Translations under genes and position numbers: made by a program | The notes under the pieces: generated by a model | What the model was told of the DNA's origin: nothing | Seen by the model: only the letters and a program-made list of their open reading frames with translations | Database searches by the model: none | Assembly: GCA_045593885.1 (NCBI GenBank) | Contig: JAZNXN010000022.1 | Coordinates: 22,511 to 86,510, forward strand | DNA length: 64,000 nt | Reading direction: 5' to 3' | From: Eubacteriales bacterium | GTDB lineage: Bacteria > Bacillota > Clostridia > Oscillospirales > CAG-272 | In this document: positions 28,172-38,984 of the stretch, one piece after another | How the letters are laid out: the number at the start of each line of letters is the position of its first letter | How positions within the stretch are numbered: the first letter of the stretch is position 1

Positions 28172-28942
28172 TCAGAATTTAACTCTCTTTATTTCGGTAG
28201 CCTTAAAGTCCGAATCGAGAGTGAATATAACTCCGTCCGCCGCTATTTCCCCCTCGGCAGGCTCGTACCTTGCAGGCATGCAGTCAACGGTGCGCTCGAT
28301 TATACATGCTGCCGACGAGCCTATTATACCGCCTCGGTGACCGCACATTCCTATATCGGATATATATGCCGTGCCCTTCGGGAATATCTGCTCGTCCGCC
28401 GTCTGAACGTGGGTGTGAGTGCCGAATATAATATTTATCCTTCCGTCAAAGTAATGCGGCATAACCAGCTTCTCACCCGCTGCGTCCGCGTGGAAATCGA
28501 GAATCGCAAAATCAAAGCTTCCTTCCTCGCGCGAAAGCACCCTCTCAACCGCCCTGAACGGACAGTCGAGCCTCGGCTCGATATTCACCTGACCGAGCGC
28601 GTTTATAACCAGCGCGCGATATCCGTTACAGTCGGTAATTGTATAGCCAAAGCCGGGCGCGCCCGCAGGATAGTTTACAGGACGGATAGCCCTGCTATCG
28701 CTGTCGAGAAACGCGTGCGCGCTCTTGTTTTGCAGGGTATGGTTGCCACCCGTAACAACGTCAGCCCCCGAATCAATCAGGTGCTTGAGCTGCTCTGCGC
28801 TCGCCCCTGTTATGAAGGAGGCGTTCTCCGCATTCACTACGACGAAATCAATCTTTTCTTTTTTCCTTATATCCCACAGTCTGTCTGCTATATAGTCAAG
28901 CGACTGGGGATCGGTTATATCGCCAATTGCAAGTATTCTCAT
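28172..28942 (-). CDS. ymdB: YmdB-family metallophosphoesterase (TIGR00282-type 2',3'-cyclic-nucleotide phosphodiesterase)
   Basis: MRILAIGDI, NAENAS, GGNH and GTHTHVQT metallophosphatase motifs. It lies directly downstream of rny, as in Bacillus. Start at ATG 28942. Confidence 0.8.
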   Translation of the reverse strand: MRILAIGDITDPQSLDYIADRLWDIRKKEKIDFVVVNAENASFITGASAEQLKHLIDSGADVVTGGNHTLQNKSAHAFLDSDSRAIRPVNYPAGAPGFGYTITDCNGYRALVINALGQVNIEPRLDCPFRAVERVLSREEGSFDFAILDFHADAAGEKLVMPHYFDGRINIIFGTHTHVQTADEQIFPKGTAYISDIGMCGHRGGIIGSSAACIIERTVDCMPARYEPAEGEIAADGVIFTLDSDFKATEIKRVKF

Positions 28943-28978
28943 TGTTTTTCCTATCTGTTTAGTGTTATAAAAGCGAAA

Positions 28979-29005
28979 GGGTGCTGTTCGCGCAGAACAG
29001 CACCC
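28979..29005 (-). terminator. hairpin between rny and ymdB (partial terminator or processing site)
   Basis: An 11-bp stem, GGGTGCTGTTC (28979-28989) pairing with GAACAGCACCC (28995-29005). On the minus strand it is followed by TTTCGCTTTT. Confidence 0.5.
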
Positions 29006-29012
29006 AAAAAAA

Positions 29013-30554
29013 TCACTTTGCAAAGTCAACCGCGCGACTCTCTCGTATCATATTAACCTTAATCTGTCCGGGATAATCCATTTCCTCTTCGATTTTCTTT
29101 GCAATTTCTCTTGCTATAATTACCATCTTGTCATCGCTCACAATATCAGGCTTAACCATTATACGAACCTCACGTCCCGCCTGAATAGCGAAGGACTTGT
29201 CCACGCCGGCAAAGCTGTTTGCGATCTCCTCGAGCTTCTGCAAGCGCTTGATGTAATTTTCAACGTCCTCACGTCTTGCGCCTGGACGTGCCGCGGAAAT
29301 AGCATCCGCCGCCTGAATTATGAAGGCTATCACGCTCTTGGGCTCAACGTCGCCGTGGTGCGCCTCGATTGCGTGAATAATATCCTTGTTTTCGCGATAC
29401 TTCTTTGCGACCTCAACGCCGAGCTGGATGTGCGAGCCCTCAGCCTCCTGAGTGAGTGCCTTACCAACGTCGTGGAGAAGTCCTGCACGTCTTGCCATTG
29501 TGGAATCCGCGCCGATTTCATCGGCAATAATTCCTGCCAGGAGCGATACCTCTATTGAGTGACGGAGCACATTCTGACCGAAGCTCGTGCGGTAACGGAG
29601 CCTTCCGAGAAGCTTAACAACCTCAGGATGAATTCCGTGTACACCCGTTTCAAATATCGCCTTCTCACCCGCCTGCTTGATGGTTGCGTCTACATCGCGG
29701 CGAGCCTTCTCTACCATTTCCTCTATCTTTGCAGGGTGGATTCGTCCGTCGGCAATCAGCTTTTCGAGTGCCAGACGCGCTATCTCTCTGCGAACAGGAT
29801 CAAAGCCCGAAATGGTTATAACCTCAGGTGTGTCGTCTACGATAAGCTCAACACCCGTGAGTGTTTCAATAGAACGGATATTTCTACCCTCTCTACCGAT
29901 AATTCTACCCTTCATTTCCTCATTGGGAAGGCTGACAACCGAAATTGCCACCTCGCTGACGTGGTCAGCGGCGCAGCGCTGAATAGCAATGGACAGAACG
30001 TTCTTCGCCCTCTCCTCTGCTTCCTCGCGGTAGCGCGCGTCAAACTCTGCAATCTTGAGTGCGGTTTCGTGCTCGATTTCGCTCTCCATTCTGTGCAGAA
30101 GCTCCTCCTTCGCCTCACCCGAGGTAATTCCGGAAATCTTCTCGAGAGCAACAACCTGCTCGTCCAGAGCCTTCTTTATCTGCTCCTTGAGGTCCTCAGC
30201 CTCCTTCTGTGCACGTGAAAGATTTGCTTCCTTCCTCTCAAGCGCCTCGGTCTTGGCATCAAGGGTTTCCTCCTTCTTCGCAATTCTGCGCTCCTGGTTG
30301 GAAATTTCCTTGCGTCTTTCCTTCAATTCAAATTCTGTGTCATTCTTTATAGCAAGGGCCTGCTCCTTCGCCTCGAGGATTGCCTCCTTCTTAGCGGTTT
30401 CAGCATCCTTAATGGCCTTCTCAACTATCTGCCTTGCATCCGCCCTCGCCTTGTCATTCTTCTTCTCGGTACTCTTTTTATAGTACACAGCGCCGAATAC
30501 CGCGCCGACAAGCAAGCCAACGACGGCTGCTATAACATAAAACAACCAATCCAT
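29013..30554 (-). CDS. rny: ribonuclease Y
   Basis: N-terminal TM helix, a long coiled coil, a KH domain ([11 protein letters not shown]) and an HD domain (LLHDVGK). Confidence 0.95.
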   Translation of the reverse strand: MDWLFYVIAAVVGLLVGAVFGAVYYKKSTEKKNDKARADARQIVEKAIKDAETAKKEAILEAKEQALAIKNDTEFELKERRKEISNQERRIAKKEETLDAKTEALERKEANLSRAQKEAEDLKEQIKKALDEQVVALEKISGITSGEAKEELLHRMESEIEHETALKIAEFDARYREEAEERAKNVLSIAIQRCAADHVSEVAISVVSLPNEEMKGRIIGREGRNIRSIETLTGVELIVDDTPEVITISGFDPVRREIARLALEKLIADGRIHPAKIEEMVEKARRDVDATIKQAGEKAIFETGVHGIHPEVVKLLGRLRYRTSFGQNVLRHSIEVSLLAGIIADEIGADSTMARRAGLLHDVGKALTQEAEGSHIQLGVEVAKKYRENKDIIHAIEAHHGDVEPKSVIAFIIQAADAISAARPGARREDVENYIKRLQKLEEIANSFAGVDKSFAIQAGREVRIMVKPDIVSDDKMVIIAREIAKKIEEEMDYPGQIKVNMIRESRAVDFAK

Positions 30555-30833
30555 TCAAAAACACCTCCTTTTTGTGTTCTACATATTTAATAAAATAATA
30601 GTCGTTATTTATCCGTGGTACGAGTATACGCCCAACGCAAAGGCGCAAAAAAACCATAGACACATTTATTATATAATAAATATTTGAATATGTCAAGTAA
30701 AAACGAGGTCAAAATCAACTCTTTTTCAGCTCATTTTTCCGCCGATACGGGCGCAAAAAGCGGTTTTTTAGCAGTCTTTTTGCCGAGTTAACAAATTATT
30801 CACCAAAAAAATTAAAAAAATATGAAAAAAGGG

Positions 30834-30862
30834 TTGACAAACGCCTCTTAAAGTGGTACATT
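30834..30862 (+). promoter_or_regulatory. sigma-A-type promoter of the hrcA-grpE-dnaK-dnaJ operon
   Basis: TTGACA (30834-30839), a 17-nt spacer, then TACATT (30857-30862), immediately upstream of CIRCE. Confidence 0.55.
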
Positions 30863-30872
30863 AATACTGCGG

Positions 30873-30899
30873 TTAGCACTCTCGGCTTTTGAGTGCTAA
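30873..30899 (+). promoter_or_regulatory. CIRCE operator (HrcA binding site)
   Basis: A perfect match, TTAGCACTC-N9-GAGTGCTAA, 28 nt upstream of the hrcA start. Confidence 0.92.
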
Positions 30900-30926
30900 A
30901 ATCGAAAAACGGATAAGGAGGGCATT

Positions 30927-31982
30927 ATGTACCGCGATCTCAGCGAAAGAAAAAAGAAGATTTTGGGCGCAATAATCAACGCACATATTCAGTTTGGCGA
31001 GCCTGTCGGCTCGAAATATCTGTCGCAGAGCGAGGAGCTTTCCTGCTCATCCGCAACTATACGAAACGAGATGGCGGAGCTCGAGGCTCTCGGTTATCTT
31101 GAGCAGCCTCACACATCTGCGGGACGTATTCCGTCCGAGCTCGGATATCGCTTCTACGTCGATTCTCTTGTCGAGCGTTACAGCATGACGACCAAGGAAA
31201 TCGAGGAGATAGACCGCTCGCTCCAGCGTAAGCTCTCCGAGGTTGACCAGATTCTTGCCGAGGCTTCCAAGCTTGCCTCGTCATTTACAAACTACACAGG
31301 AATCGCGGTGAAGCCACGCTCGCCCAAGACGGTCATACACCGCTTTGAGAGCATATATATAGACGGACGCAGCTTCGTTCTGGTTATGCTCTTTCCCGAC
31401 GGCCAAGCGAAAACCAAGACTATGCACATCGGCTTCCCGATAAGCCGTGCGGAGCTATCGCAGCTGACCGAGGCCCTCAACGAGAAAATGACGAAAATAA
31501 CCTCTGACCGCATAACCTTCTCGCTTCTGTCGGAGCTTGAACGGGCGGTGCCGTCGATATCCTCTATCATCTCCCCTGTTGCGAAGGCGATATACGAAAC
31601 AATGTCGGATTCGGATGGCGGCGACGTCAAGATAGACGGAGTTGACAATCTTCTCGACTATCCCGAATATTCCGACGTATCCTCTGTCCGTCACCTTCTC
31701 GGAATGTTTGAGCGCAAGGACGAAATCCTCTCCCTCATATCCGAAAAGGACAGCGACAAGGTAAACGTATATATAGGAAAGGAAAATTCGGTTGACGTTA
31801 TGAATAATTCCGCCCTCGTATACCGCACGATAAAGAGGGGGGGCAACGTTATCGGTGCAATCGGAGTCATCGGACCCTGCCGAATGGATTACTCCAGGGT
31901 TATATCGACAATAGAGCGTCTTGCATCGGGAATAGACAGTATGCTCAACCCCGGGGACGATAATTTGAAAGGAGAGCCGTAA
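30927..31982 (+). CDS. hrcA: heat-inducible transcription repressor HrcA
   Basis: N-terminal winged helix (ERKKKILGAIINAHIQFGEPVGSKYL) with operon position and length matching the HrcA family. Confidence 0.93.
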   Translation: MYRDLSERKKKILGAIINAHIQFGEPVGSKYLSQSEELSCSSATIRNEMAELEALGYLEQPHTSAGRIPSELGYRFYVDSLVERYSMTTKEIEEIDRSLQRKLSEVDQILAEASKLASSFTNYTGIAVKPRSPKTVIHRFESIYIDGRSFVLVMLFPDGQAKTKTMHIGFPISRAELSQLTEALNEKMTKITSDRITFSLLSELERAVPSISSIISPVAKAIYETMSDSDGGDVKIDGVDNLLDYPEYSDVSSVRHLLGMFERKDEILSLISEKDSDKVNVYIGKENSVDVMNNSALVYRTIKRGGNVIGAIGVIGPCRMDYSRVISTIERLASGIDSMLNPGDDNLKGEP

Positions 31983-32524
31983 TGGACGAAAAGGAAATAA
32001 AGGAAGCCGAGGGCGAGCCCGCGGCTGATGCCAAGGAAAGCAAAAAGGCAAAAAAGGAATCAAAGAAAAGTGAAATCGACGCACTGCGCGAGGAATGTGA
32101 AAAGAAGGATGCCGAGTTAGAGGAGCAGAAGGACAAATATCTGCGACTTCTGGCTGAATACGATAACTTCCGCAAGAGAAGCGCGAAGGAGAGAGAGGGA
32201 ATTTACACCGACGCAGTCGCGGATACGGTGAATGAAATACTTCCCGTCCTTGACAATCTCGAGCGCGCGTCGCTATACAAGGAATCCGAGAAGGTTGCCG
32301 AGGGGCTCTCGATAACCGCAAAGGGCGCGGCGGCAATGCTTTCAAAGCTCGGAATCGAGCAATTCGGGGCGAAAGGCGACACCTTCGATCCCAACATTCA
32401 CAACGCCGTTATGCACGTTGAGGATGACGAGCACAGCGACGGAGAAATCGTCGAGGTATTTCAGAAGGGATACAGAAGGGGCGACAAAATCATCCGCTAC
32501 GCTATGGTTAAGGTAGCAAATTAA
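31982..32524 (+). CDS. grpE: nucleotide exchange factor GrpE
   Basis: The motif LRLLAEYDNFRKRSAKE and the C-terminal beta-domain FDPNIHNAVMHVE. Confidence 0.95.
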   Translation: MDEKEIKEAEGEPAADAKESKKAKKESKKSEIDALREECEKKDAELEEQKDKYLRLLAEYDNFRKRSAKEREGIYTDAVADTVNEILPVLDNLERASLYKESEKVAEGLSITAKGAAAMLSKLGIEQFGAKGDTFDPNIHNAVMHVEDDEHSDGEIVEVFQKGYRRGDKIIRYAMVKVAN

Positions 32525-32584
32525 TAAAGGTAACAAATTAAGAAAAAAATAAAACAATCAATATATTTTTGGAGGAAAATTATT

Positions 32585-34432
32585 ATGGGAAAAATTATAG
32601 GTATAGACCTTGGTACAACTAACTCCTGCGTTGCAGTTTACGAGGGCGGCGAGCCCATCGTTATTCCTAATCCCGAGGGAGCGAGAACAACCCCCTCTGT
32701 AGTAGGATTTTCAAAGACCGGCGAGAGAATGGTAGGTCAGGTGGCAAAGCGTCAGGCAATCACCAACCCCGACCGCACCGTTATGAGCATCAAGCGCCAT
32801 ATGGGAACGGATTACAAGGTTGATATTGCTGACAAGAAGTACACGCCTCAGGAAATTTCAGCTATGATTCTTCAGAAGCTGAAGGCGGATGCGGAGGCAT
32901 ATCTCGGCGCACCCGTAACCGAGGCAGTTATAACCGTTCCCGCATACTTCTCTGACTCTCAGCGTCAGGCAACTAAGGATGCAGGCAAGATTGCAGGCCT
33001 TGAGGTTAAGCGTATAATCAACGAGCCTACCGCGGCAGCTCTTGCATACGGTATGGATAAGGAAACCAATCAGAAAATAATGGTATTCGACCTCGGCGGC
33101 GGTACGTTTGACGTATCTATCCTTGATATCTCCGACGGAGTGTTCGAGGTTCTGGCAACCAACGGCGACACGGTGCTTGGCGGTGACGACTTCGACCAGA
33201 AGCTCATCGACTGGATGGCAGACAAATTCCAGCAGGAAAACGGCATCGACCTCAGAAAAGACAAGATGGTGCTTCAAAGACTCAAGGATGCGGCAGAAAA
33301 GGCAAAGATTGAGCTTTCGGGTATGGCAACAACCGAGATAAATCTCCCCTTTATCACCGCTACCGCAGAGGGCCCTCTGCATTTCCAGGCAACTCTTTCG
33401 CGTGCTGAGTTTGACAGAATCACCGCAGACCTTGTGGAAAGAACGATGATTCCGACCAAGAAGGCACTCGCTGATGCAGGCCTCTCGGCATCTCAGATTG
33501 ACAAGGTTCTTCTTGTCGGCGGCTCGACCAGAATTCCCGCAGTTCAGGAAGCAGTTAAGAAGTTTATAGGAAAAGAGCCCTTCAAGGGCATCAACCCCGA
33601 CGAGTGCGTAGCTGTCGGCGCGGCTATTCAGGGCGGCGTTCTTGTAGGCGACGTAAAGGACCTTCTCCTTCTCGACGTAACTCCTCTCTCGCTCGGCATC
33701 GAAACTCTGGGCGGAGTATTCAACCGTATAATTGAAAGAAACACCACCATCCCCGTAAAGAAGAGCCAGATCTACTCCACCGCAGCTGACGGTCAGACCT
33801 CGGTTGAAATTCACGTTCTTCAGGGCGAGCGCGAAATGGCGAGCGGAAATACCACCCTTGGCCGCTTCGTTCTCGACGGCATCCCCTCAGCACCCCGCGG
33901 AGTTCCTCAGATAGAGGTTACCTTCGACATTGACGCAAACGGTATCGTTAACGTAACCGCAACCGACAAGGGAACGGGCAAGGAGCAGCACATCACGATA
34001 ACCTCGTCCACCAATATGAGCCAGGAGGATATCGACAAGGCAGTTAAGGAGGCAGAGAAATTTGCCGAGGAAGACAAGAAGCAGAAGGAGGCGGTTGAGA
34101 TAAGAAACCGCGCCGACTCTCTCGTATTCCAGTCCGAAAAGGCACTTAACGACCTCGGCGACAAGGTGACCGATGATGACAAGAAGCCCGTTAACGAGGC
34201 TATCGAGAAGCTGAAGGAAACCCTCAAGGGCGGCGATCTTGACGCTATCAAGGCTGACACCGAGGCACTTGAGAAGGCATTCTATGCTATTTCCGAAAAG
34301 CTCTATCAGCAAGGCGCAGGCGCACAGGGACAGGGCTTTGACCCCAACAATATGGGCGCAAACGGTCAGGGCGGTGCTGATGCAAACGGTACCTACTACG
34401 GAGCCGACTACGAGGACAAAACCAACGGCTGA
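32585..34432 (+). CDS. dnaK: molecular chaperone DnaK (Hsp70)
   Basis: [23 protein letters not shown] and the full-length Hsp70 signature motifs. Confidence 0.98.
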   Translation: MGKIIGIDLGTTNSCVAVYEGGEPIVIPNPEGARTTPSVVGFSKTGERMVGQVAKRQAITNPDRTVMSIKRHMGTDYKVDIADKKYTPQEISAMILQKLKADAEAYLGAPVTEAVITVPAYFSDSQRQATKDAGKIAGLEVKRIINEPTAAALAYGMDKETNQKIMVFDLGGGTFDVSILDISDGVFEVLATNGDTVLGGDDFDQKLIDWMADKFQQENGIDLRKDKMVLQRLKDAAEKAKIELSGMATTEINLPFITATAEGPLHFQATLSRAEFDRITADLVERTMIPTKKALADAGLSASQIDKVLLVGGSTRIPAVQEAVKKFIGKEPFKGINPDECVAVGAAIQGGVLVGDVKDLLLLDVTPLSLGIETLGGVFNRIIERNTTIPVKKSQIYSTAADGQTSVEIHVLQGEREMASGNTTLGRFVLDGIPSAPRGVPQIEVTFDIDANGIVNVTATDKGTGKEQHITITSSTNMSQEDIDKAVKEAEKFAEEDKKQKEAVEIRNRADSLVFQSEKALNDLGDKVTDDDKKPVNEAIEKLKETLKGGDLDAIKADTEALEKAFYAISEKLYQQGAGAQGQGFDPNNMGANGQGGADANGTYYGADYEDKTNG

Positions 34433-34493
34433 TAACCGAATTATCCACAAGGGGTGCCGCATTCACGTGCGGCACTCATAAATAAGGAGCATT

Positions 34494-35627
34494 ATGGCAG
34501 ACAAAAGAGATTACTATGAGGTGCTTGGCGTTTCGAAAAGCGCAAGTGCCGATGAGCTGAAAAAGGCATATCGCTCTCTGGCAAAAAAATACCACCCCGA
34601 CATGAACCCCGGCAACGCTGAGGCTGAGCAGAAGTTCAAGGAGGTAAACGAGGCGTACGCCGTTCTCTCCGACCCCGAAAAGAAGAGCAAGTACGACCAG
34701 TTCGGTCACGCGGCATTTGATCAGTCCGCAGGCTTTGGCGGCTTTGACGCGTCGGGATTCGGCGGCTTTGATTTTGGCGATATATTCTCCTCATTTTTCG
34801 GAGGGGGCCGTTCCTCAGGCGGACGGAGCCGCAGAAATATGCCCGTTGACGGCGAGGACGTTTTCGTGCGTGTCAACCTTTCCTTTGAGGAGGCTGTTTT
34901 CGGTTGCAAGAAGGATATATCCTACAACAGAATAGAGTCCTGCCCCGACTGTAACGGCAGCGGCGCGGAAAAGGGCAGCTCTGTTGATACCTGTACCCAG
35001 TGCCACGGTTCAGGATACGTTATGGTTCAGCAGCGCTCACCCTTCGGCACGGTACAGACCAACACCACCTGCCCCACCTGTAACGGAAGCGGTAAGATAA
35101 TCAAAAGCCCCTGCAAAAACTGCAAGGGCAAGGGACTTATCCGTATTACAAAGAAGATGGCGGTAACCATTCCCGCAGGAATTGACGACGGACAGAGGAT
35201 AGCTCTGCGCTCGGAGGGACACGCGGGAAGAAACGGCGGTATGAACGGCGACCTTATCATCGAGGTCAGCGTACGCCCCCACGCATATTTTGAAAGGCAG
35301 GGCAGCAACATATATTTTGAGGAGCCGGTAACCTTTACCGATGCGGCACTCGGAGCTGAAATAGACATACCCACCCTTGATGGCACGACGGAAAAATACA
35401 ATCTGCCCGAGGGAACGCAGAACGGAACACGCATAACCCTGCGCGGGAAGGGTGTTACAAACCTGAATACCAAGCGCAAGGGCGACCTCATCGTCACAAT
35501 AAATGTAGAGGTTCCTAAGAATCTCTCGTCAGAGCAAAAGGATTTGCTCAAGAAATTCGCTGAAAGCTGCAGCTCAAAGAACAACACGAAGAAGGACTCC
35601 TTCTTCAAAAAGATTTTCAAAAAATAA
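34494..35627 (+). CDS. dnaJ: molecular chaperone DnaJ
   Basis: J-domain HPD motif (KYHPDMNPG), a G/F region and four CxxCxGxG zinc-finger repeats. Confidence 0.97.
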   Translation: MADKRDYYEVLGVSKSASADELKKAYRSLAKKYHPDMNPGNAEAEQKFKEVNEAYAVLSDPEKKSKYDQFGHAAFDQSAGFGGFDASGFGGFDFGDIFSSFFGGGRSSGGRSRRNMPVDGEDVFVRVNLSFEEAVFGCKKDISYNRIESCPDCNGSGAEKGSSVDTCTQCHGSGYVMVQQRSPFGTVQTNTTCPTCNGSGKIIKSPCKNCKGKGLIRITKKMAVTIPAGIDDGQRIALRSEGHAGRNGGMNGDLIIEVSVRPHAYFERQGSNIYFEEPVTFTDAALGAEIDIPTLDGTTEKYNLPEGTQNGTRITLRGKGVTNLNTKRKGDLIVTINVEVPKNLSSEQKDLLKKFAESCSSKNNTKKDSFFKKIFKK

Positions 35628-35652
35628 GCTTCCAAAGAAGCTTTTCAAAATT

Positions 35653-35685
35653 AAAAGTGAGGCACTTTATGTACCTCACTTTTTT
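35653..35685 (+). terminator. intrinsic terminator after dnaJ, module T3 of the repeat family
   Basis: AAAAGTGAGG (35653-35662) pairs with CCTCACTTTT (35674-35683), followed by TT. The stems are identical to T1 and T2 but the loop differs. Confidence 0.85.
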
Positions 35686-35713
35686 GTTTACGTTTATACC
35701 AAAAGGCGCAATC

Positions 35714-35786
35714 GGGCACGCGTATTCTGAGTGGGTTTTTGCCACCGCAACGCTCTAACCCATAGGGCGCGTATATTTTGAGTAGA
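35714..35786 (+). repeat. two degenerate copies of the 22-nt box of the intergenic repeat family
   Basis: GGGCACGCGTATTCTGAGTGGG (35714-35735) and GGGCGCGTATATTTTGAGTAGA (35765-35786), compared with GGGGCTCGCTTGATTTTGAGCA at 6454 and 6680. Confidence 0.45.
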
Positions 35787-35874
35787 TTTTTGTGTTCTCC
35801 GACACGAAGGCGTAGTCTACCTACATCAAGCTTGGTCGCAAACGCACGAAGCTACCAAAATATGAATCCCTACA

Positions 35875-38715
35875 TTATTTTGCAAAGAAGCTTGCCATAA
35901 GTCTTTGCGCTATCGGGTTTTCCTCGCGCAAATCTACCTGACAGATAATATATCTCTTTCCGTTATAGACCTTCTCTGCTGCGGCGAGCGTTTCGCCCCA
36001 GTCACCGTTTTCGTCGGTGTTGCCCGAAATGAGTATCGGGGTGAAGCCCTCTGCCGTAAAGGTTGCGTAAAGCAGGGGGGTTATCATATCCTCTTTCTTG
36101 TTATAGAAATAGGAAACGTCCTTCGGTCTCAGCTCAGAAACCGCGGGATGTCCGCTCTTTCTCGATGCGAAGTGGAGGGGGAGCATTCCGCATTCCTTAA
36201 CCTTTACCCTCTCGCCCGCAATCTCATACTCACCGGGTGCAAGCATAGTAATCAGCTCAACTGCGTCGTTCTTTTCGTACGAAACAGGAGCGAATACCTC
36301 TATACCCTGTGTGTTATGCGTAATTTCCTTACCGCTTGCATCAACCAAAATTGCCTTGAGGGTATACCTCTCTCTGTCAGAAACTTGGGGAGCTGCGAAC
36401 ACCGCGCTTGACGAATATGCCGCCTCACACACGTTTATTTTCGCAGGAGATGAGCCGTTCATAACCAATGCTCCGCTCTCGTCGTAAAGCTCGTATACCA
36501 TCTTAAAATCCTTGCCCGAGAGCTGAGTGTCGTTACAGATATGAGCCTCAATCTTTACCTTTTCGCCTGCATAATAGGTGAATCGGTCTGTACGCAGGCT
36601 GACGAGCACCGGCTCGAGCGCATTTCTGTACGCAAAAAACGCAGGCTTCGGATTTCTTCTGCAATCCATAATTGTCTTCATCCAGCCGCTCGGCCACGCA
36701 TCTATAAAGAGATGGATAGCAAAGGTTATCATGAGGTTGTTGCGCCTGAACGCCTCGGTCATTATCGAGGTCGCAAATGCCTGATGCGCGTGGCTCTCCT
36801 TAACCCAATCTTCCATCGTGTCCTGCTTGTCGTAGAAGAAGTGATAGAAGTTACCCGTCTGCGCGTTTACTATATTGCCGGGGAAGAAGGGCTCGGTCAG
36901 CCAATCCTTCGGATAGCATTCACGCATAACGTCGGGGAAGTCGAGTCCCTCTGCGCCAAACTCACCGCAGCCGCAGTACCAGCCGGGCTTAATGCTCAGC
37001 CAATAGCCTCTGTGGAGTCTGCCTATATCTATTCCGTGTCCGTTATACCACATAGGATAGCAGTGGTTGTCGGGCAGGCTCTCGCACGGCGGATCGTAGT
37101 CGCCGTCAATATGCTTTATAACTCTGTCGGGGTTGTTCAGAAGCACCACGTGATCGCAGGAGGTAAAGAAGGTTGCCAGCTCATCACGGGTGAGGTGTCT
37201 GTGCGGCTCGTTCTTAGCATTCGGGAACGGCTCGTTGATGTAGGAAACGACGGTGTTACAGGGGTGATTTCTCACCATTCTCTCCATTTCCTCTGCCTGA
37301 CGGACACCCTCTGCAAATTTATTCCTTCTCATACAGCCGAAGAGAGGAAGGTCGGACTGCGTCATAAGTCCGAGCATATCGCAGTACCGGTATATCTCGT
37401 CCTGAACGGGACGCTGGGTGAGACGCAAGAAGTTCATATTGCAGAGCTTTGCAAGCAGAATATCGTCAATAAGCTGCTCAAAATCCCCGCGGAGCACGTC
37501 CTGCTGCTCAAAGCCCATCGTGTTCGCACCGCGCAGGCGTATCTTTCTGCCGTTGAGGTAGAACATACCCTTCGGGCTGCTCTCGTTATCCTCGGTGAAG
37601 GTTCTCATACCGAAGGTTGATTTTTTTCTGTCAACCGTACTGCCGCCCACTACAAGCTCAAGCTGAAGCTGATACAGATAGGGGGTATCGAGATCCCATA
37701 TTTTCGCATCGGGAATATCAACGGTAAACTTATAGACGTTTATACCGAACTGCGCGGGCATGGGAATACCGCTGCCGAGGCTGTCCTTCACCTGAGCCTC
37801 TGTCAGGCTGTCGCCGCGTCCGACGGTGCGTACAGTCAGAGGGGTATAGGACATATTCTCGAAAACAGCTCCGTCAAAATTCTGTCCGTAGAGCGAAATA
37901 TTGAAGGAAAGCTCTGTCTTGTTATGGTCGGCATTCTGTATCTCTGCCCATATTTCTGCCTTACTCTCGGAAACGAGAGGGCGCACGAATATATCGTAGA
38001 TATGTATTCTGCTTCGTATTTCAACGCCAACCTTATTGTATATACCCATTCCGGGAGGGCAATGGTGCCAGCCTATCAGCGGATCGTCCCAGCCAAGACC
38101 TGTTGCGGCATACAGCTTGTCACCCTCGAGAGATTTTACCGAGGCAAACGCGTTACCGCCGTATATGCAGTCGTTTTCAACGACAACTCTGAGGGTGTTT
38201 TCTCCTGCCTTAACCGCAAAGCCTATATCGAACTCAAACGGAGAGAAAAAGCCCTCGTGCTTGCCGACGCACTCGCCGTTTACGTATACGGTTGCGTAGT
38301 AGTCAACACCGCCAAAGCAGATATAATATGCCCGTCCCTCATCAATTTTATCGAGAGTGAAGGTGGATTCATACACCTTCCTTGCTACACCCTGAGGTCC
38401 GCCGTAATGGGGAAGCGTTATCTTCTCCTCACCGTCAAGAACGAAATCGGTTATCTCGATTCTTTCGGTCATACACTCAATTTTCGGTGCTTTATTTTCA
38501 AGGTAGGGCGCATATTTTGCCCTCTCTCTGCCAAGAGCCGCATAAAGCTCCTCTCGGGTATCCATCTTCTTTTCAGTCGCTACGGGAGTCATTCCCATAG
38601 ATGCCCTCAGCTTACATGCCCTCTCCCTTATTTTCACAGGGGATGGGTCATATAACAGCTCTTTTCTGCCGCCTATACCGTCAGCGGCAATATTAGCAAA
38701 TACGTCGTTTGCCAT
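35875..38715 (-). CDS. glycoside hydrolase family 2 protein (946 aa, no signal peptide)
   Basis: A GH2 sugar-binding-domain pattern (FGGVDYYATVYVNGECVGKHEGFFSPFEFDI..GENTLRVVV) is followed by a TIM-barrel region (LRGANTMGFE). Confidence 0.75.
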   Translation of the reverse strand: MANDVFANIAADGIGGRKELLYDPSPVKIRERACKLRASMGMTPVATEKKMDTREELYAALGRERAKYAPYLENKAPKIECMTERIEITDFVLDGEEKITLPHYGGPQGVARKVYESTFTLDKIDEGRAYYICFGGVDYYATVYVNGECVGKHEGFFSPFEFDIGFAVKAGENTLRVVVENDCIYGGNAFASVKSLEGDKLYAATGLGWDDPLIGWHHCPPGMGIYNKVGVEIRSRIHIYDIFVRPLVSESKAEIWAEIQNADHNKTELSFNISLYGQNFDGAVFENMSYTPLTVRTVGRGDSLTEAQVKDSLGSGIPMPAQFGINVYKFTVDIPDAKIWDLDTPYLYQLQLELVVGGSTVDRKKSTFGMRTFTEDNESSPKGMFYLNGRKIRLRGANTMGFEQQDVLRGDFEQLIDDILLAKLCNMNFLRLTQRPVQDEIYRYCDMLGLMTQSDLPLFGCMRRNKFAEGVRQAEEMERMVRNHPCNTVVSYINEPFPNAKNEPHRHLTRDELATFFTSCDHVVLLNNPDRVIKHIDGDYDPPCESLPDNHCYPMWYNGHGIDIGRLHRGYWLSIKPGWYCGCGEFGAEGLDFPDVMRECYPKDWLTEPFFPGNIVNAQTGNFYHFFYDKQDTMEDWVKESHAHQAFATSIMTEAFRRNNLMITFAIHLFIDAWPSGWMKTIMDCRRNPKPAFFAYRNALEPVLVSLRTDRFTYYAGEKVKIEAHICNDTQLSGKDFKMVYELYDESGALVMNGSSPAKINVCEAAYSSSAVFAAPQVSDRERYTLKAILVDASGKEITHNTQGIEVFAPVSYEKNDAVELITMLAPGEYEIAGERVKVKECGMLPLHFASRKSGHPAVSELRPKDVSYFYNKKEDMITPLLYATFTAEGFTPILISGNTDENGDWGETLAAAEKVYNGKRYIICQVDLREENPIAQRLMASFFAK

Positions 38716-38778
38716 TTTTCACCCTCCGTAAGAGTCATTTTTCAAATAAAGCTTTATTAAAAAGACTTATCCACACAA

Positions 38779-38807
38779 ATTATACCACGCGCGCGCGCCT
38801 TTTTCAA
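38779..38807 (-). promoter_or_regulatory. near-consensus extended -10 promoter for the GH2 gene
   Basis: The minus strand reads TTGAAA (38807-38802), a 17-nt spacer, then TGgTATAAT (-10 at 38784-38779). The spacer contains an alternating CG run. Confidence 0.6.
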
Positions 38808-38842
38808 TAGAATAAATAAAAATATATTGTATAAATCAAATA

Positions 38843-38901
38843 GCGGATATACCTAACAGTGTTCTCTCCCGAAACGGAGGCTTAACTGAGGATATATCCG
38901 C
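38843..38901 (-). terminator. long hairpin between the AraC-family gene and the GH2 promoter (possible terminator or insulator)
   Basis: GCGGATATA (38843-38851) pairs with TATATCCGC (38893-38901), enclosing an inner CTCC/GGAG hairpin. T-rich sequence follows on the minus strand. Confidence 0.35.
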
Positions 38902-38984
38902 CACTGCAAGTATATCACGTTGCCGCCCTCTTGTCAAGTGTCTTCAGCTTTGGCCCTTTCCGCTCCCACTCAGAGTTTGCGGCG

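Noticed and set aside
34441-34449. A perfect DnaA box, TTATCCACA, in the dnaK-dnaJ spacer next to a GTGCCGCA/TGCGGCAC hairpin.
   Set aside because: It is a single isolated box. About 0.5 perfect 9-mers are expected by chance in 64 kb on both strands, and there is no cluster or AT-rich element nearby.
36541-37620. A 359-aa + strand ORF. Similar long antisense ORFs occur at 28166-29056, 11627-12493, 14038-14778, 16721-17509, 13282-13947 and 37924-38655.
   Set aside because: All lie antisense to well-supported genes (GH2, ymdB, PHP, alaS, addA). None has a recognisable motif or start context.
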